This document shows, one piece after another, positions 25,557 through 38,699 of a stretch of DNA of 64,000 nt. Where the stretch lies: contig MNCI01002465.1 in NCBI GenBank assembly GCA_015680685.1, positions 44,739 to 108,738 of the forward strand, in the 5' to 3' direction. How positions within the stretch are numbered: the stretch's first letter is position 1; each line of letters starts with the position of its first letter. Below the pieces are notes generated by a model, which was given only the letters and a program-made list of their open reading frames with translations, was not told where the DNA came from and searched no databases. The stretch is from Gnetum montanum (Eukaryota; Plantae; Gnetophyta). Made by a program: the position numbers and the translations under genes.

Positions 25557-28039
25557 TTAATAAGCATCTCAAGTTTCTTAAAGGAAAGGAAGTAACACAT
25601 TGTATGCAACAATGCTAAAGTGCAAAAGCTTAAGAACTCTAAAGAATATTACTCATTAGAACTATAAGTTAATTGTTTTTAATTTTTAGCAAGTTAATCT
25701 TCTTAATTCTATCATGGATATTGAAGAAGGAACTAAGTTGGGTGTTGCACCCTCATCAAGTTCATCTCTTGAAATGTTCAAGGATTGTTGAACCCCTAAT
25801 GTTAAGCTAGTATTTGATATTATTATCAAAATTTTGATTTTTTATGTCTTCAAGAGGTTAAAATAGATGGTTTTAATCTGGCTTTAGTAGCTAATTTTTT
25901 ATGCTTAGAGGAAGTTACATTTTAAAAATCATGAAGTTGAAAGAGGTGATATTCTTCTTTGTATTTGATGAGCAGGAAGTAGTCGCTATGCCCAACCATA
26001 TGAATCACCAACATTTACTAAGCAATCTAGTCAAATTTTGTAGACTTTAGCTTTCTATGTACACATGGTTCAAGTAGTGAATCTTAAGGACATGATTGTT
26101 GTCTTCCTAGTTCCTCTTGTGAGGGTACGAAAGTATGGTTAAGTGTAATTGAGGTACATGATTTGTATAACTTTTACATTTTTATTTATTTCTCCTAAGC
26201 ATGAAAATAAAGTAATTCAATGCTTAATTAATAGAGAAACTATTTAATGCCTTAACTATTCCCAACATAAGCATTCATTCCTACCTACTGTACACATCTT
26301 GAACATGTCTTAATACTATTGGGTTACCAAGTATTAACATATGCTTGAGGTGGTCATACTCATGTGCATTAATTATCCATATTTAATCAATTAATTAAAT
26401 GCATGAAAGTAAATTTCATAATAGTAAAGTGCATTAAAGTAAATATTATGCTAAGTCTAAGTGCTACAAGGTTTATTAAGAAAGCTCATCTTTATTACCA
26501 TTTACACCGAAATGTCCAAGTACATCATTGCTCGAATAAAGATTTGTACACCTCTCAACTCCTACTGTGGGCACTTAGAAAATATTCTAACTCTTAAAAG
26601 AACAAATTGCAAGAGCTCCACTATGATACTAATGAATGAATGTCTTAAATGTGGTAGGTGCACACATTTAGATTGGCAAGGTTAGATACTTCATCAATGC
26701 ATATGCGTTGATGGGTACATGTTGATGCAACCATGTTGATGCAACCATGTTGATGTAGTTGATCAATGATTGATCATACCTCCACCATTAACTAAAAACT
26801 CATCCTTGAGTGAAGAAAAGAAGGAACAAGCTTCTTAGAAAATTTATGAAGTTATGGAACCATTGACTGACTGACTAATTGACTTAGATTGATGTTGAGT
26901 GCCAAAGTGTACAAATTTATAACTTTCATAAAAATAAGTGTTTATAAAAAAAATTGAATACCATTATAAAATTTAACAATTAAACCCCTTTGATGGCTGG
27001 AGACAAGAAGAAAATTAGATGGTCCTAGGAGGTGGAGGCTCTTGAGGTGCTGAAGGACCTTCTGTTACCTCTAATGCATGTAGTAGTCGCAGTTGAGGCT
27101 ATGATAGTTACGGTTGTTCTACTATAGTTGCAATTTTTTATGGAAGATAAAAAGAATTTGGAAAAGCTTTCATCTTCTCCTCCTTTGGGAATTATACATG
27201 GTCCATGTAGAATCACTGATATGGGTTGTGATGAGTTGTCATTTGGGAGACTGCGATATCGCGGCCTGTCTCCTCATCTATAAATAAGAGGTAGACAGAT
27301 CATTAGATCATTAGATCATTAGTGAGTTAGTTCTTAGTTAAGTGTTTTCATTTTTTTCTCTCAACCCTTTTCCTCCTAGTATATGCCCATAGTGTGGTGA
27401 TTGTAATTGTACGACATCCTTTATTTGAGTGTGACGTATTTGGACATGCACATGACCAGTAATAAAGATCAAGATTACTTCATCATTGCAGCATTCACTT
27501 AGTTTAATCATTTAATTAATTATTATTTACTACTTTCCTAGTTAATTTCTCTCACCCTTAAACTCATGTTAATATGCGAAATGCGTACTACTTGATTACG
27601 AGCACTTAAGTGTGACTACTTGGTAACCCAGTAGCGTACCTAGGATCTGCGCTTGGTAATCCCAGTGGTAGTTGTGCACGAAGTCCAAGGTGTGTACGGA
27701 TAATCAAGGAACAGATGCTCATTGTACTTAGGCTAGTTTAGATTCTCTCACCCTTCTCTCCTAGCTTAGTTAATATTACTTTCCATTGCCTTTAGGAGTA
27801 GCATTAGATTAGAAACCCATCATACACCTCGCTCTGGACTAAACCATACGTGACAAAGATAATACTAGTCTAGGTGGGAAGATAGTGAACTGCGACCTAA
27901 GGCTAACTNATTGCCGGGGATGGTGCTAGTTATCTAGATTAGTTATATCATACCAGGTCATTGTAAAGGACTTAACGATATATCTTTTAGAAAGAATTAT
28001 AAAAATTCACATAGAAATTCACACAAGATTTCACAACCA

Positions 28040-29990
28040 TGCCTCTCCTACAAGATGATAATAATGCCACACCTAGTGAGGAAATTCATTGGAGAACCAA
28101 TGAATTATATGACAATGAAGATTGGAGTACGCAACCCAAGGTGGGGGTTTCCTATAAACATGAACGAAGGCAACATCATCCCAACGCACGAAAGTATAAC
28201 TTATGAGATGACGATGAACCCCCACTGGCCACTACAAGCCTAATGCAAATACAAGAGGTTGTTTGAATCTCCCGTAGGCATTGTAAAGAGAGCCACCTAC
28301 CTAGGCTCAATTTAAACAACTTCCCTAATTTTTCAAGAGGCTATGACTTAGATCTGCATCAACATTTACAAGCCTTCTACGATGCCTGTACATGGAACGA
28401 CATTGATAATGGTTGGAAAAAACTCAAGCTCTTCCCTATGACACTCGTTGGCCAAGAAAAAGTATGGTATAGATCGTTAAAACCAAATTCAATACGACGT
28501 TGGCCAACAATGGTAGAACTCTTTAACGAAAGATATCAAACCTACGCAAGAGTGTCAACCTTGAGGAAACAAATCCAAGAGTGGAAACAAGCAAAACATG
28601 AACCCTTGGACATGGCCTTAGACAGATATTATGCACTGTTAAAGAACTGTCCAGGCCATGGGTTTTCCAAGGAAAGGCTAATGTACCATATCATTGATGG
28701 GCTTTGTGATGCAACAAGAGAGACCCTAGGAATGTATGCCCAAGGTCAATTATATGAACTACGAACCCATCAAGTCCAAGAGCTTGTTAAGTAAGTAGCA
28801 AAAAAAGAAGGAGAATTGGTTAGATGGGAGAGTGTTGAAAAACATCAGTAGGACCAAAATCTCAATTTAACAAAGGTCCATAATCACAAAAAGGAGAAAT
28901 CAACCAATCTCAAGGTGGAAAAAGCATCTTTGCCGGTACAACAATCATTAGAAGAAGTTGAGACAAAGATTAATAAGATGTTGGAATGGACATATAAAAA
29001 GTGTGGAGAATTCATCGATATTATTGGAGATAGAGTTTTGACAACCCAAGAAGTAGGAAAAAACATTAGACAATCGGAAAGAACGGATAAGGAAAATAGG
29101 ATCTCAACTGCCAATCATATGTATGAATGCAATGTATGCTTGTACGATCACCCCAAGGGCCAATGCCCAATATTGTTACATTTACATGAACATTGGGGAA
29201 ACACATTACATCCTGAGTTCGTACATAGATACTATGTTCGATCACAAAGGAAACAATCCCAGTCATGGGGGAGACCACCCTTATACTGGAGACACCCTTC
29301 ATATCATCTGAATCCAAATGCTTATCTTGTTCAACATCCTGTTTCCCTAGCCAGGTCAACATACTTTATCTCACCGCATTAAAATTCTCCTCAATACTAT
29401 TAGCCCATGCCTTCAACACAACCACTGCCTTATGTACCTTACACTACTCCTCAATTTCAATATTCTCATCCTTTTCCTCCTTCTACATTGCCACCAACCA
29501 TTCCTAAGGTGTCTGCACCACAAAAACAACCCACGAACGTTACTTGTGCTAATATTTCTAACAGTAGTGAAAGGCCTCCTCAACAGCCAAAGCGTCCCTT
29601 CTTTAAACATGATCGTAAGAAGGGACAACACAATTCCAAGGCCACTACATCCTCCAACTCAGCACAAGTCTCACATTGTGGTGCACCCTTTTCTTTGAAC
29701 CCAACACCTCATGTAACTCCATCATGGCCACAAAATCGCACTCCAACAATCGTATGGCCCAATGAACACAGGAATGGAGAGTGACAACCCAATACTTGCA
29801 TACCATCTAACGGTCCCAAATATTATAGTGGGTGAACTCATTATCCGGAAACTACATCATATAAATTGCCCCACTATGCTTTTTATAATCAAGTGTGTGA
29901 ACCCCAATGGGGTAAGTATGACCAAGTTCCGATATTTCCAACATGCAAGGATCCTCATCTTTCATTTATTAATCCTTGCCATGCTCAACT
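28040..29990 (+). pseudogene. gypsy gag of element A
   Basis: LKLFPMTLVGQEKVWYRSLKPNSIRRWPTMVELFNERY (Retrotrans_gag-like), knuckle CNVCLYDHPKGQC, P/Q-rich tail, in-frame stops. Confidence 0.88.
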
Positions 29991-31240
29991 AATTAGTTAT
30001 GGGGGATATCTCCAATTCCAATAACAAGCAGGATTACTAACCCTTTTTTTATTTTCTTTAATTTTACAACTTTTTTTTTCTAGTTTTTCGATTTTAAATT
30101 TCTCATTTTATTATTTTATCTTTTTATATTTTTACACTTTTGCAAGTAATCTCATCTACGAATAAAACACTCATGTNGTGTAAAAATATAAAAAGATAAA
30201 ATAATAAAATGAGAAATTTAAAATCGNNNNNNNNNNNNNNNNNNNNNNNTATGGGAGTTATCATGCAACATGGTTGTACTAAGATCCTTGTAGATCTAAC
30301 GAAAATGGGAGTAAGAGTAATCAAAAGGGCACTTAAAAATCCAATGCTATTCTAGGGGGTCCCATTGGAAAGACATGCATCCATGCCTGAAGGTTGGGGG
30401 CTTCTCTGGATTCAATATTCAAAAAAAGGAAGAAAGAAGAAAAGAAAAAGAAAAAAGAAACAAGAAGGAAGTGCCACAAAGCAAAAATCACTCCTCCCTT
30501 GAATAAAACGCCAAGTGATCATATGCCTTGTTGTTATGGTACTCGCATAGTTGCTTATCATGGGATGAAACAATGTGATGTCACTGATTAGAGGAATGGA
30601 TTTGGTCCTAATCTTGGAACAACGGGTTAATGACACATTAATCATGCTTTACACGTAGGATTCACTATGGCCTGGGTCAGTTGCCTCATGTCCCAATCTC
30701 TACAATCCCTTTTTATAGTTTGTTTCATCTCATTGTTCATGTAATTTTAGCTCGTGTTGTGTGTAACATAGAATTCTTACCTCATTTCGGTGATATTTAC
30801 ATGTGTGTGTTTTGTAGAATCAGTGCGAATTACATTTAACCCTTCTAGTGCCTACGGACACTTTAAGTGTGGTTACACAAGGGCATTGTAGGTTGGAACC
30901 TGCTTTGGGGAGGACCCACTTGTGTAATTTTTTGTAATCTTCACTTATGACATGGCTCACACATACCATTTCTTACCCTCAGTATATTTTTAATAATTTT
31001 CTTTCCCTACTATCACCCCTCTGAATTTCAATGTTCCTATGTACCATCACAAAGCCCTTTTCTCTACCACCCGAGGTTTTATTGATCATTTCCACACCAT
31101 CATAATTATTCGTGCCTTAAATACCATCTAATTACCTTAGAACCCCTTCATAATAGCCCAATGTCCTAATTTACACCGTTGCTTTCAAGAAAATATTGAA
31201 AAATTCGGTATTCTATTATGGTGTTCAATGTCACTAGGGC

Positions 31241-31312
31241 TGTGATATTACGTATGCGATATCGTGTACGTGACGTATCGTACGCGATATCGTGTCTCAT
31301 CTACCTATAAAT
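31241..31312 (+). promoter_or_regulatory. Candidate internal promoter (GCGATATCG repeats + TATAAAT) upstream of the element A accessory ORF
   Basis: GCGATATCGTGTCTCATCTACCTATAAAT resembles the LTR promoter GCGATATCGCGGCCTGTCTCCTCATCTATAAAT. Confidence 0.55.
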
Positions 31313-31769
31313 GGATGAGCCCCCCTGCAACACTTAGCATCATTTCTTGACATTCATGTGGGGGAGTTTTTCAAATTTTTCTCTACGACGTATGAGTATG
31401 ACACCTTTGCTTTTCAACCTCTATCTCGCTCACTGGTACTCCAATTTTAATTTTATCTGAACCTGCTTGAACCCGGAGTGTTCAGCTTAGTCGTGGAGGA
31501 GGGACACCTACTGAATAGCACCTAATTTTTTTGGAATTTATCATTTATCATCACCCAAAGGACATTATTAAGGGTAATTAGTTGTAAATTGAGAATAAAA
31601 TGTGCCAAAGGACATTTTAGGTACATCGGGAGATTAAAATTGGAAACCACCTAAGTAAAATGGACTCATTATTACAATCTTTTAGGAAAGATCACATGAA
31701 AATAAATAAATAAATTAATTAAGGAAAGAAGTAAGGTATAACTTAATTTAAAAAACAACCTTACTAATG

Positions 31770-34002
31770 CTTGGCCCGTGTGATTGTAGATGGTCCCGAA
31801 ATATGGACAAAAGGAAGGTCCTACTCAAGGTGGAAGCAAATGACCCAAGAGAGGTGGAACATAAGATCTTGCTAGACAACATGCAGAACAGAGGGAGAAA
31901 TCATTTACTATTCATCAAGAAGACCCTCCTACTGTATAGTCCGGCAGGTAGAAGGAGGAACTGCTGTAGTTCTTGAACAAGGACAACATCTTACGTTGCC
32001 CCAAGATTGTGTTTAAGCCATCCATGAAAAGCCCACATTCGCTGCGGTGATTGTGGAATTGAACTTTGAATCTTTTGTAGAGTTCACTCCTGAGGCCATT
32101 AGAGATTAGCTCAAAGGGTCTCCCTTATGGCCTACCCTCTCTGAAAGCAGTGCTTGGTACCTAGGGGAGATGTACCTGTTTTGGCACAATAGAGAGCAAG
32201 GCGCAACTATCAATATTTGTGGTGTGACAGTTGATTTCTCTACATAGGCCATTTCGGAAGTGTTAAACCTTTAGAATACATGGCCAAAAGTTGCTTAGTT
32301 ATCCACCCATTCAAACCTTGATGTGCGACGAGATTGGTTGGAAAGGGTTTATGGCAGAGATAAGAAATTTGGTGAGTTGATGACGGAAGAGAGGATCTAC
32401 TTTAAATTTGGAACATATCACCTCTTCCCTATGAAGGGCTTAAAAAGAATATCAACATATGTGGAAAGAGGATGTGTAATGCTGATGGGAAAGGTTAATG
32501 CTAACCTGCCCCATCTATATTTAATGGAGATCAGCTATCCCTATAAGACTACAGACTGTCGATGAGCCATCTCAAAGCCATCACTAAGATGGTCAATTGG
32601 GGGAGTCATGATGACACAAATCTCTTCCACATCATTGATGATGCCATTCNGTTGGGGGAGTCATGATGACACACATCTCTTCCACATCATTGATGATGCC
32701 ATTCAGCCCACAATTTCTTTGGATCATACAAGGGGTGAAGTTTCAATCCATATAGGAGGAGGGGAAAGTTTCAATCCATATACAAGAGTAGCTCATGGCC
32801 CTACAAGAAGTACAACAGGATCCTTTGCAATTTTTTCCCACAGACCAGCTAGATAATTTCAGAACTGAGTAACTAACCAAGCTAATAGCGGAGAATAAAA
32901 AGGTGGCTGATGAAAAAGATAAGGCTATTTGAGATGCCTATGCAGCACAAGTGCAAACTCATGCACATATTAAGGCACCCAACACTTTACAAGAAGAAAA
33001 TAAANATGCAGCACAAGTGCAAAATCATGCACATATTAAGGCACCCAACACTTTACAAGAAGAAAATAAATAGCTTGTTATCGACAACCTTCAGTTGACC
33101 ACTGTGGAAAAGCAAAAGAATGTTCTCGAGGAACACTTTCATCAATTATGAGAACAATTCATCTGGGTCAACCAAGACATAAATCATTTAACCAGGGAGA
33201 ATAGAACCCTCTCAATAGAGGAGGTACACACAATTCGCCAAAAGATAGCTATTGAAATAAGCATGTGGCAAAATGAGGCTAAACAACATGAAAAGCTAAA
33301 GAAGCACTTCCGAGATCAGGTGGGGATGTACAAAAAGATCCTTGAGAAGGAGATCCATATGAACAAGGCCCACATCAATGCTATCGGTGCTCAACACACT
33401 AACTGGCAGGCCATATTGGACACATATGCTTTTGCCCACCAAGTGAAAGTTAAGAACCGGGACCTGTAGATTCAAGATCTGACAGAATACATGGAGTTGG
33501 CAAACCTGCGGTATGCCAACCTTGCCATGTTAATAGTAGGGTTCCTGAGGATAGAGCTTGAGTAGCAGGTAGCAACCACCTATGTTAAATATGAAGTAGA
33601 ATTTGAAGAACACAAGAAGTTGTTGGAAAAACTAGAGGTTGTAAATTCTGAACTTGAGGTGGTAAAAGCAAGCCACCAAGGCCAAAAATGTGTCACAGTG
33701 GATTTGGCTCAATATCTTGCAGATTTCTAGGAATACAAAGATAAATCTAGAGCCTACGAAGAGGAATGTTGGGTGTTTGCAGTTTGGTATGTCAAGGCCA
33801 ATCAAATGTTTCCGTAACTACCTTGTTTGTGGGAGGTGTCGACTCCGTCAAACATCGGAATATTAGCATGGACATCATAGGATCCCCAAACTGAAGAGGA
33901 GAAGCTTTAGGCCATACTCCAACACCACCAAGTCTCAAAACTTGGAGCACAAGAGAAAGGGAAAGCACTAATGGAGGAGACACCACCACCAGGAACTACA
34001 TG
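31770..34002 (+). pseudogene. env-like/coiled-coil accessory ORF of element A
   Basis: WYLGEMYLFWHNREQGATINICGVTVDFS.AISEVLNL at about 32155-32270, then a long predicted coiled coil (33100-33790). Fragmented. Confidence 0.7.
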
Positions 34003-34974
34003 AGTTCCACAATTTTGTAGTTGCAGCACATTCTTTGTGTTGTGTCTTTGTTTTGTTTTCTTCTCACACTGTGGCATAATCCCATTTTTACCATTCAATA
34101 ATCCCATACCTATCCACTATGTAATCACTGTAACTCAAGGACGAGTTTTCATTTAGTCATGGGGCTATGATGAGTCGTCACTTGGGCAACCATGATATCG
34201 CGGTCGCGATATCGCATCCATGATATCGCGGCCTATCTCCTCATCTATAAATAAGAGGTAGATAAATCATTAGATCATTAGTGAGTTAGTTCTTAGTTAA
34301 GTGTTTTCATTTCTTTCTCTCAACCCTTTTCCCTCCCAGTGTATGCCCGTAGTATGGTGATTGTAATTGTACGACATCCTTTATTCGAGTGTGACGTACT
34401 TGGACACGCACATGACCAGCAATAAAGATCGAGATTACTTCACCATTGCAGCATTCACTTAGTTTAATCATTTAATTAATTTTTATTTATTGCTTTCCTA
34501 GTTAATTTCTCTTACCCTTAAACTCATGTTAATACGCAGAATGAGTATGACTTGATTACGAGCACTTAAGTGTGACTACTTGGTAACCTAGTAGCGTACC
34601 TAGTATCTATGCTTGGTAATCCTAGTGGTAGTCGTGCATGAAGTCCAAGGTGTGTATGGATAATCAAGGAACGGATGCTCATTGCACTTAGGCTAGTTTA
34701 GATTCTCTCGCCCTTCTCTCCTAGCTTAGTTAATATTACTTTCCATTTCCTTTAGGAGTAGCATTAGATTAGAAACCCATCATACACCTCACTCTGGACT
34801 AAACCATTTGTGACAAAGATAATACTAGTCTAGGTGGGAAGACAGTGAACTGCGACCTAAGGCTAACTATCTAGATGCCACAAATAGTCTATCTGCGGAG
34901 TTCAACTGGATCACGCTTGTAATGCTCATATTCGTATGGTTGAGTGTAGGGGTACCTCGCCACTCATCAGGTTG

Positions 34975-37150
34975 GTACAGAAACATCCCACAGACAAGGA
35001 ATTGTAGAAAATTGCTCCTTCACATTGATAAACTAGGTAGTGAATTACTTGCATTTGATGTTGATTGTGTTGATAGTGTTCTATAGCTCCTAATAGTTGC
35101 TCATTCTTTTGGCTGGGTTCTTAGCCATTGATCATTGATCTATGAATCGCTCTTTGAGAAATTTGAGTTTAGCATTGGCTATTTCTAGCTTCTATTTTGT
35201 TTCCTTATGATGCTTGAATTGAGCCTTGTACAAAAGGTATGTGATAGCCACTTGGTTTTTGAGTTCTAACCTTGGCATTCTGGTAATTAGCATTGCCAAG
35301 TTCACATAATGGAGGTTGAAAAAATTCATGTACTCCCTCATCTCCTAAATTTGTAGCTTGTTGAGGTAAATTTATGCCTTATTGTATGTGTTCAATCCAT
35401 CAAAGATGGGTTGTCACACATTGCCTCATTATTGGAGCTATTAGAGGGCTTTGTTGAATTTTGCCTTTACTAGTTGAATCTCCTTTTTATTGACTTTCTT
35501 CAGAAGATTAAGATGGTTCCTATAATGGTTTTTAACCCTTTCAAACTTTAGGGTCTCATTTTTCCAAGCGGAAATCTCAATTGCTAATTTCTAGTGCAAG
35601 GAAAGGATCTCCTCCATTAAGAGATTTCAATTTTATGTAGCCAACCTCCTCAATTCTGCATTCACATTAGCAAGTTGCTCCTGCTATTGTTGTAAGTTGT
35701 AAGTTGCTCCATTCATAAATTTGTAAGTTGCTCCTGCTATTGTACTCAACCTTCCACTTCTTGCTCTTGCGAATGTCGGCACATCCCTAAGTGTAGCAAC
35801 ATTTGGCATAGAGGTTGTAGGAGTGTTGAGTGCTTCAGCCATTCTATCAACCACCACCTCTACCACTATTTCCTATCTTTGATGTTGCATCATGAAGATA
35901 GTTTCCCCCTTGTGCTCCTCTAGGTGCATTAAGAAAGTAGTGGAGTTATTAGAGATATTTGGGAATTTTTGTTATCTTGAAAGGGACAATGTTACTTCCT
36001 GAATGCTAGTGTTTGATCTCACAGGCACTTGTGTCATTTGGACAGAAAACTATGGTGCTACCCCCTCTATCCTATTGAAGGTTTTGGCCACTTCATTGAG
36101 ATGGCTCAATGCTGGTCGGTAGATGAAGGATTCACCACCACTTAGTCTTGCCTATTGCTGCTGCAAGAGTTACTCATGGAGTTCATGCATGTGCTTAATG
36201 GTAGTGCAAGCCTCTAGCATTATTTCATGAGTGGGTGGTGGTCGTGGCTGGTCCTCTTCTTGTAGCTTGATGGATACCTTATCCTTCATCATCTTTACCC
36301 AAGAGGTAGTAGAAGCATGATGAAGGATGTCATTGGCATAGTAGGCTATTCCTCCACTTTTTCATAGCTTGCGAATGAGGCATGAAATGGAGAGTGTCTT
36401 TCTCCCATGCTTGTTCTCCTTGAAGCACTTATCAATCTCTAAATAGATCAACTATGGAAGGCTATGCATGGGAATTTTTCACTTAGAGTGGTGCATGCAT
36501 GGGCACAAAAGGCTATGATTTTACTTGGCCTCATTGTTGGACTAAGGTGGCAGGTAACGATTTTGAAGTATACCCTTTTTGCCTTAGTTAGTGTGCTATA
36601 TCCCTTGTGGTTAACTCCATCACACTGCTGGATCCATGCTTTTTTTAATTTTGGATATGCATGTGTTGATATTTTCACCAAGGTTGCCCTAGTATTTGGC
36701 AACCTAAGGGCCTCAACAATGGCCTTCATAGAGTAGGATACACTATTTTCCTTTATCTTCATAGTGGCATTTGCTTGTCTATTGCTCTTGAAAAGGTAGA
36801 TCTCTCCCAAGTACCACTTCCCTAGAAGTGAGGATAGGCCACATAGGAGAGGTTTGTAGTTGGATTTTGAGTTCTTTTGGTGTCAAGCCCAAGGATGGAT
36901 CAAAGTTTAGTTCCTAAAGAACTAAACCTTTGATGTCCTTCAAATTAATGTATTTAAGATGGGCTTCAATTAGAGTGACTTCAAGGTTCAGTCTAGGCCC
37001 AAGTGTCTCATCTTTGTGTGATTGCTTAATCTGAGCTTCAAAAATTTGTCGAACAGATTCTACTTTAGAATTCTCTCAAAGAGGTCCCATCTCGACTAAG
37101 ATAAATGGTTGGCTATCATGTTCTTTGTTTCCTTTTGGTTCACCATGCTT
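34975..37150 (-). pseudogene. env-like/coiled-coil accessory ORF of element B (continues at about 26950-27228 beyond element A)
   Basis: WYLGEIYLFKSNRQANATMKIKENSVSYSMKAIVEALRLP, homologous to the element A accessory ORF, followed by a heptad-rich region. Confidence 0.7.
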
Positions 37151-38699
37151 AAATTGAACTCTTGCAAGATTACCAGTGATCGTATGACGTGGGGGCTCAC
37201 TTATTGTGTTGGAAATTTTGGTTATTGGAACAAAAACCAAAAAATCCAAGCCCAAGCATAGTTTTAACCTAAATCCCAATAGGATTCAAGGCACCTTGGA
37301 TAGTCTTGCTAATCACCTAGGGACTTATAGAAGTGTAAACAAAACTGCAAATGAAAACATAAATATCTCCAAAATAGAAATAGAAAAAAAGTTGAAAATA
37401 GAAATGAAAACAAAGTGAAAGTTGCAGATTTGGAATGATAAAAAATGTAGGAATGATAAAAAATGTAGAAATGAAAATGCAAACTAAAACTTACATAACA
37501 TGAACAATAACTGTATTTAAAGAAAAATAAAGAATAAGTTTCACAAAGTACATATTTTATGCTAAGAGCACTAGAAGTTGCTTGCAGGAGCTTGAAGTCC
37601 ATTGGAAAGGGTAGGGTATGTTCTATAGTATCTCCATGATCTGGTTTCTTCCCAGATTTGGTTTTTAGCAACTTCTTATTAGTTTTCACTAGGGTTTGCA
37701 ACGTGGTCATAGAAACAGGTTTTCACTTTTTGTTGTAATGGCAACTATGTTGGAGTCTTTGTGCACAATGTAGTACTAGTTTCTAATAGCAAAAAGTGTT
37801 ATAGGATTGTAATGGGTTTAGTTGGTAGTGAAAAAGCCAAAAGTTATTACTATGTGTGATATCTCAGAAGCAATGTAAAATGTTGTAAATGCCAAAGTGT
37901 TGGAACTAAAATATTGTATTTATGTTTGGTATATATAGGGTTGATGTGGCTATTTTTAGGTTTGTACATCATTGCCATGATTGTTGATAGATTGCCATTA
38001 ATTTGCAGGTATAATGACTATTAAATCTTAGTGTAGTTACAATTTATAATAGCTCTGGAACATGCTAGAGCCACAAAATCCATTTGTTTACTATAAATAG
38101 TAAATAGACTTTTGTGACTACACTAGCACCATCCTTACTACACTAGCTTTGGTGGACTATGTTGAGGTTGTTGGGAAATGCAAAAAGTGGTGGTAAATGA
38201 AAAAAATTGGAAATGTTGGGAGAAGTTGAAAATTGTTGGACAAAGGTTAGAAATTGCTAGAAAATGTTGTCTATGTTGGTTGTAGAAGACTTATGATGAC
38301 TACGCTCACTAGTGTTGGAGAAATGGAAATTCCAATAATTTCAACGTTGCACTACTACTGGGTCTTGGTGGTGACTATGCTTGCCATTGCCATCTTTTGG
38401 AATGGAATAGAACTTCTCATCTATTGTAGCATTGTCTACTATAGCACTAGTCAAAGTTGATGGCTCTAGCGTAGTTGAGGTTATACCCTTACAAAAAATC
38501 ATGAAAATGTCAATTTTAGCCATTTCAAAGGTGTTTTTGGCCTTCCCAAGCCTAAATATGGACATGGGATACCTTTTTCTACTTGGAAAGTAAGGCAATA
38601 ATAACTTTTGAAGCATTTTTTAGCTCTAATAAGTTGAACTATGTGAGATTGTAGCTCATGGACTACATATCTCACATTTTTAATGAATCCTTATCCCAA

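Larger units (their letters stand above)
23450..25965 (+). mobile_element. L1-clade LINE copy 2, 5' part (ORF1 + ORF2 start)
   Basis: ORF1 knuckle remnant CFYCHEVFH at about 25280. A decayed KFISWNVQGL and CLQEVK lie at about 25760-25862. The sequence resumes at 44419 after element B. Confidence 0.78.
27229..34969 (+). mobile_element. Athila-like Ty3/gypsy element A (gag + env-like, no pol visible), nested in element B
   Basis: Perfect TSD GGTTG (27224-27228 / 34970-34974). LTRs 27229-~27908 (end lost at an N) and 34168-34969. PBS remnant TTGCCGGGGA at 27911-27920. CTCAAGGACGAG..CATGGGG precedes the 3' LTR. Confidence 0.93.

Noticed and set aside
32595-32705. Apparent tandem duplication in element A (similar cases at 32940-33071 and 49018-49112)
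   Set aside because: Each pair of near-identical copies is joined by a single N, the signature of unmerged contig overlaps rather than real repeats.
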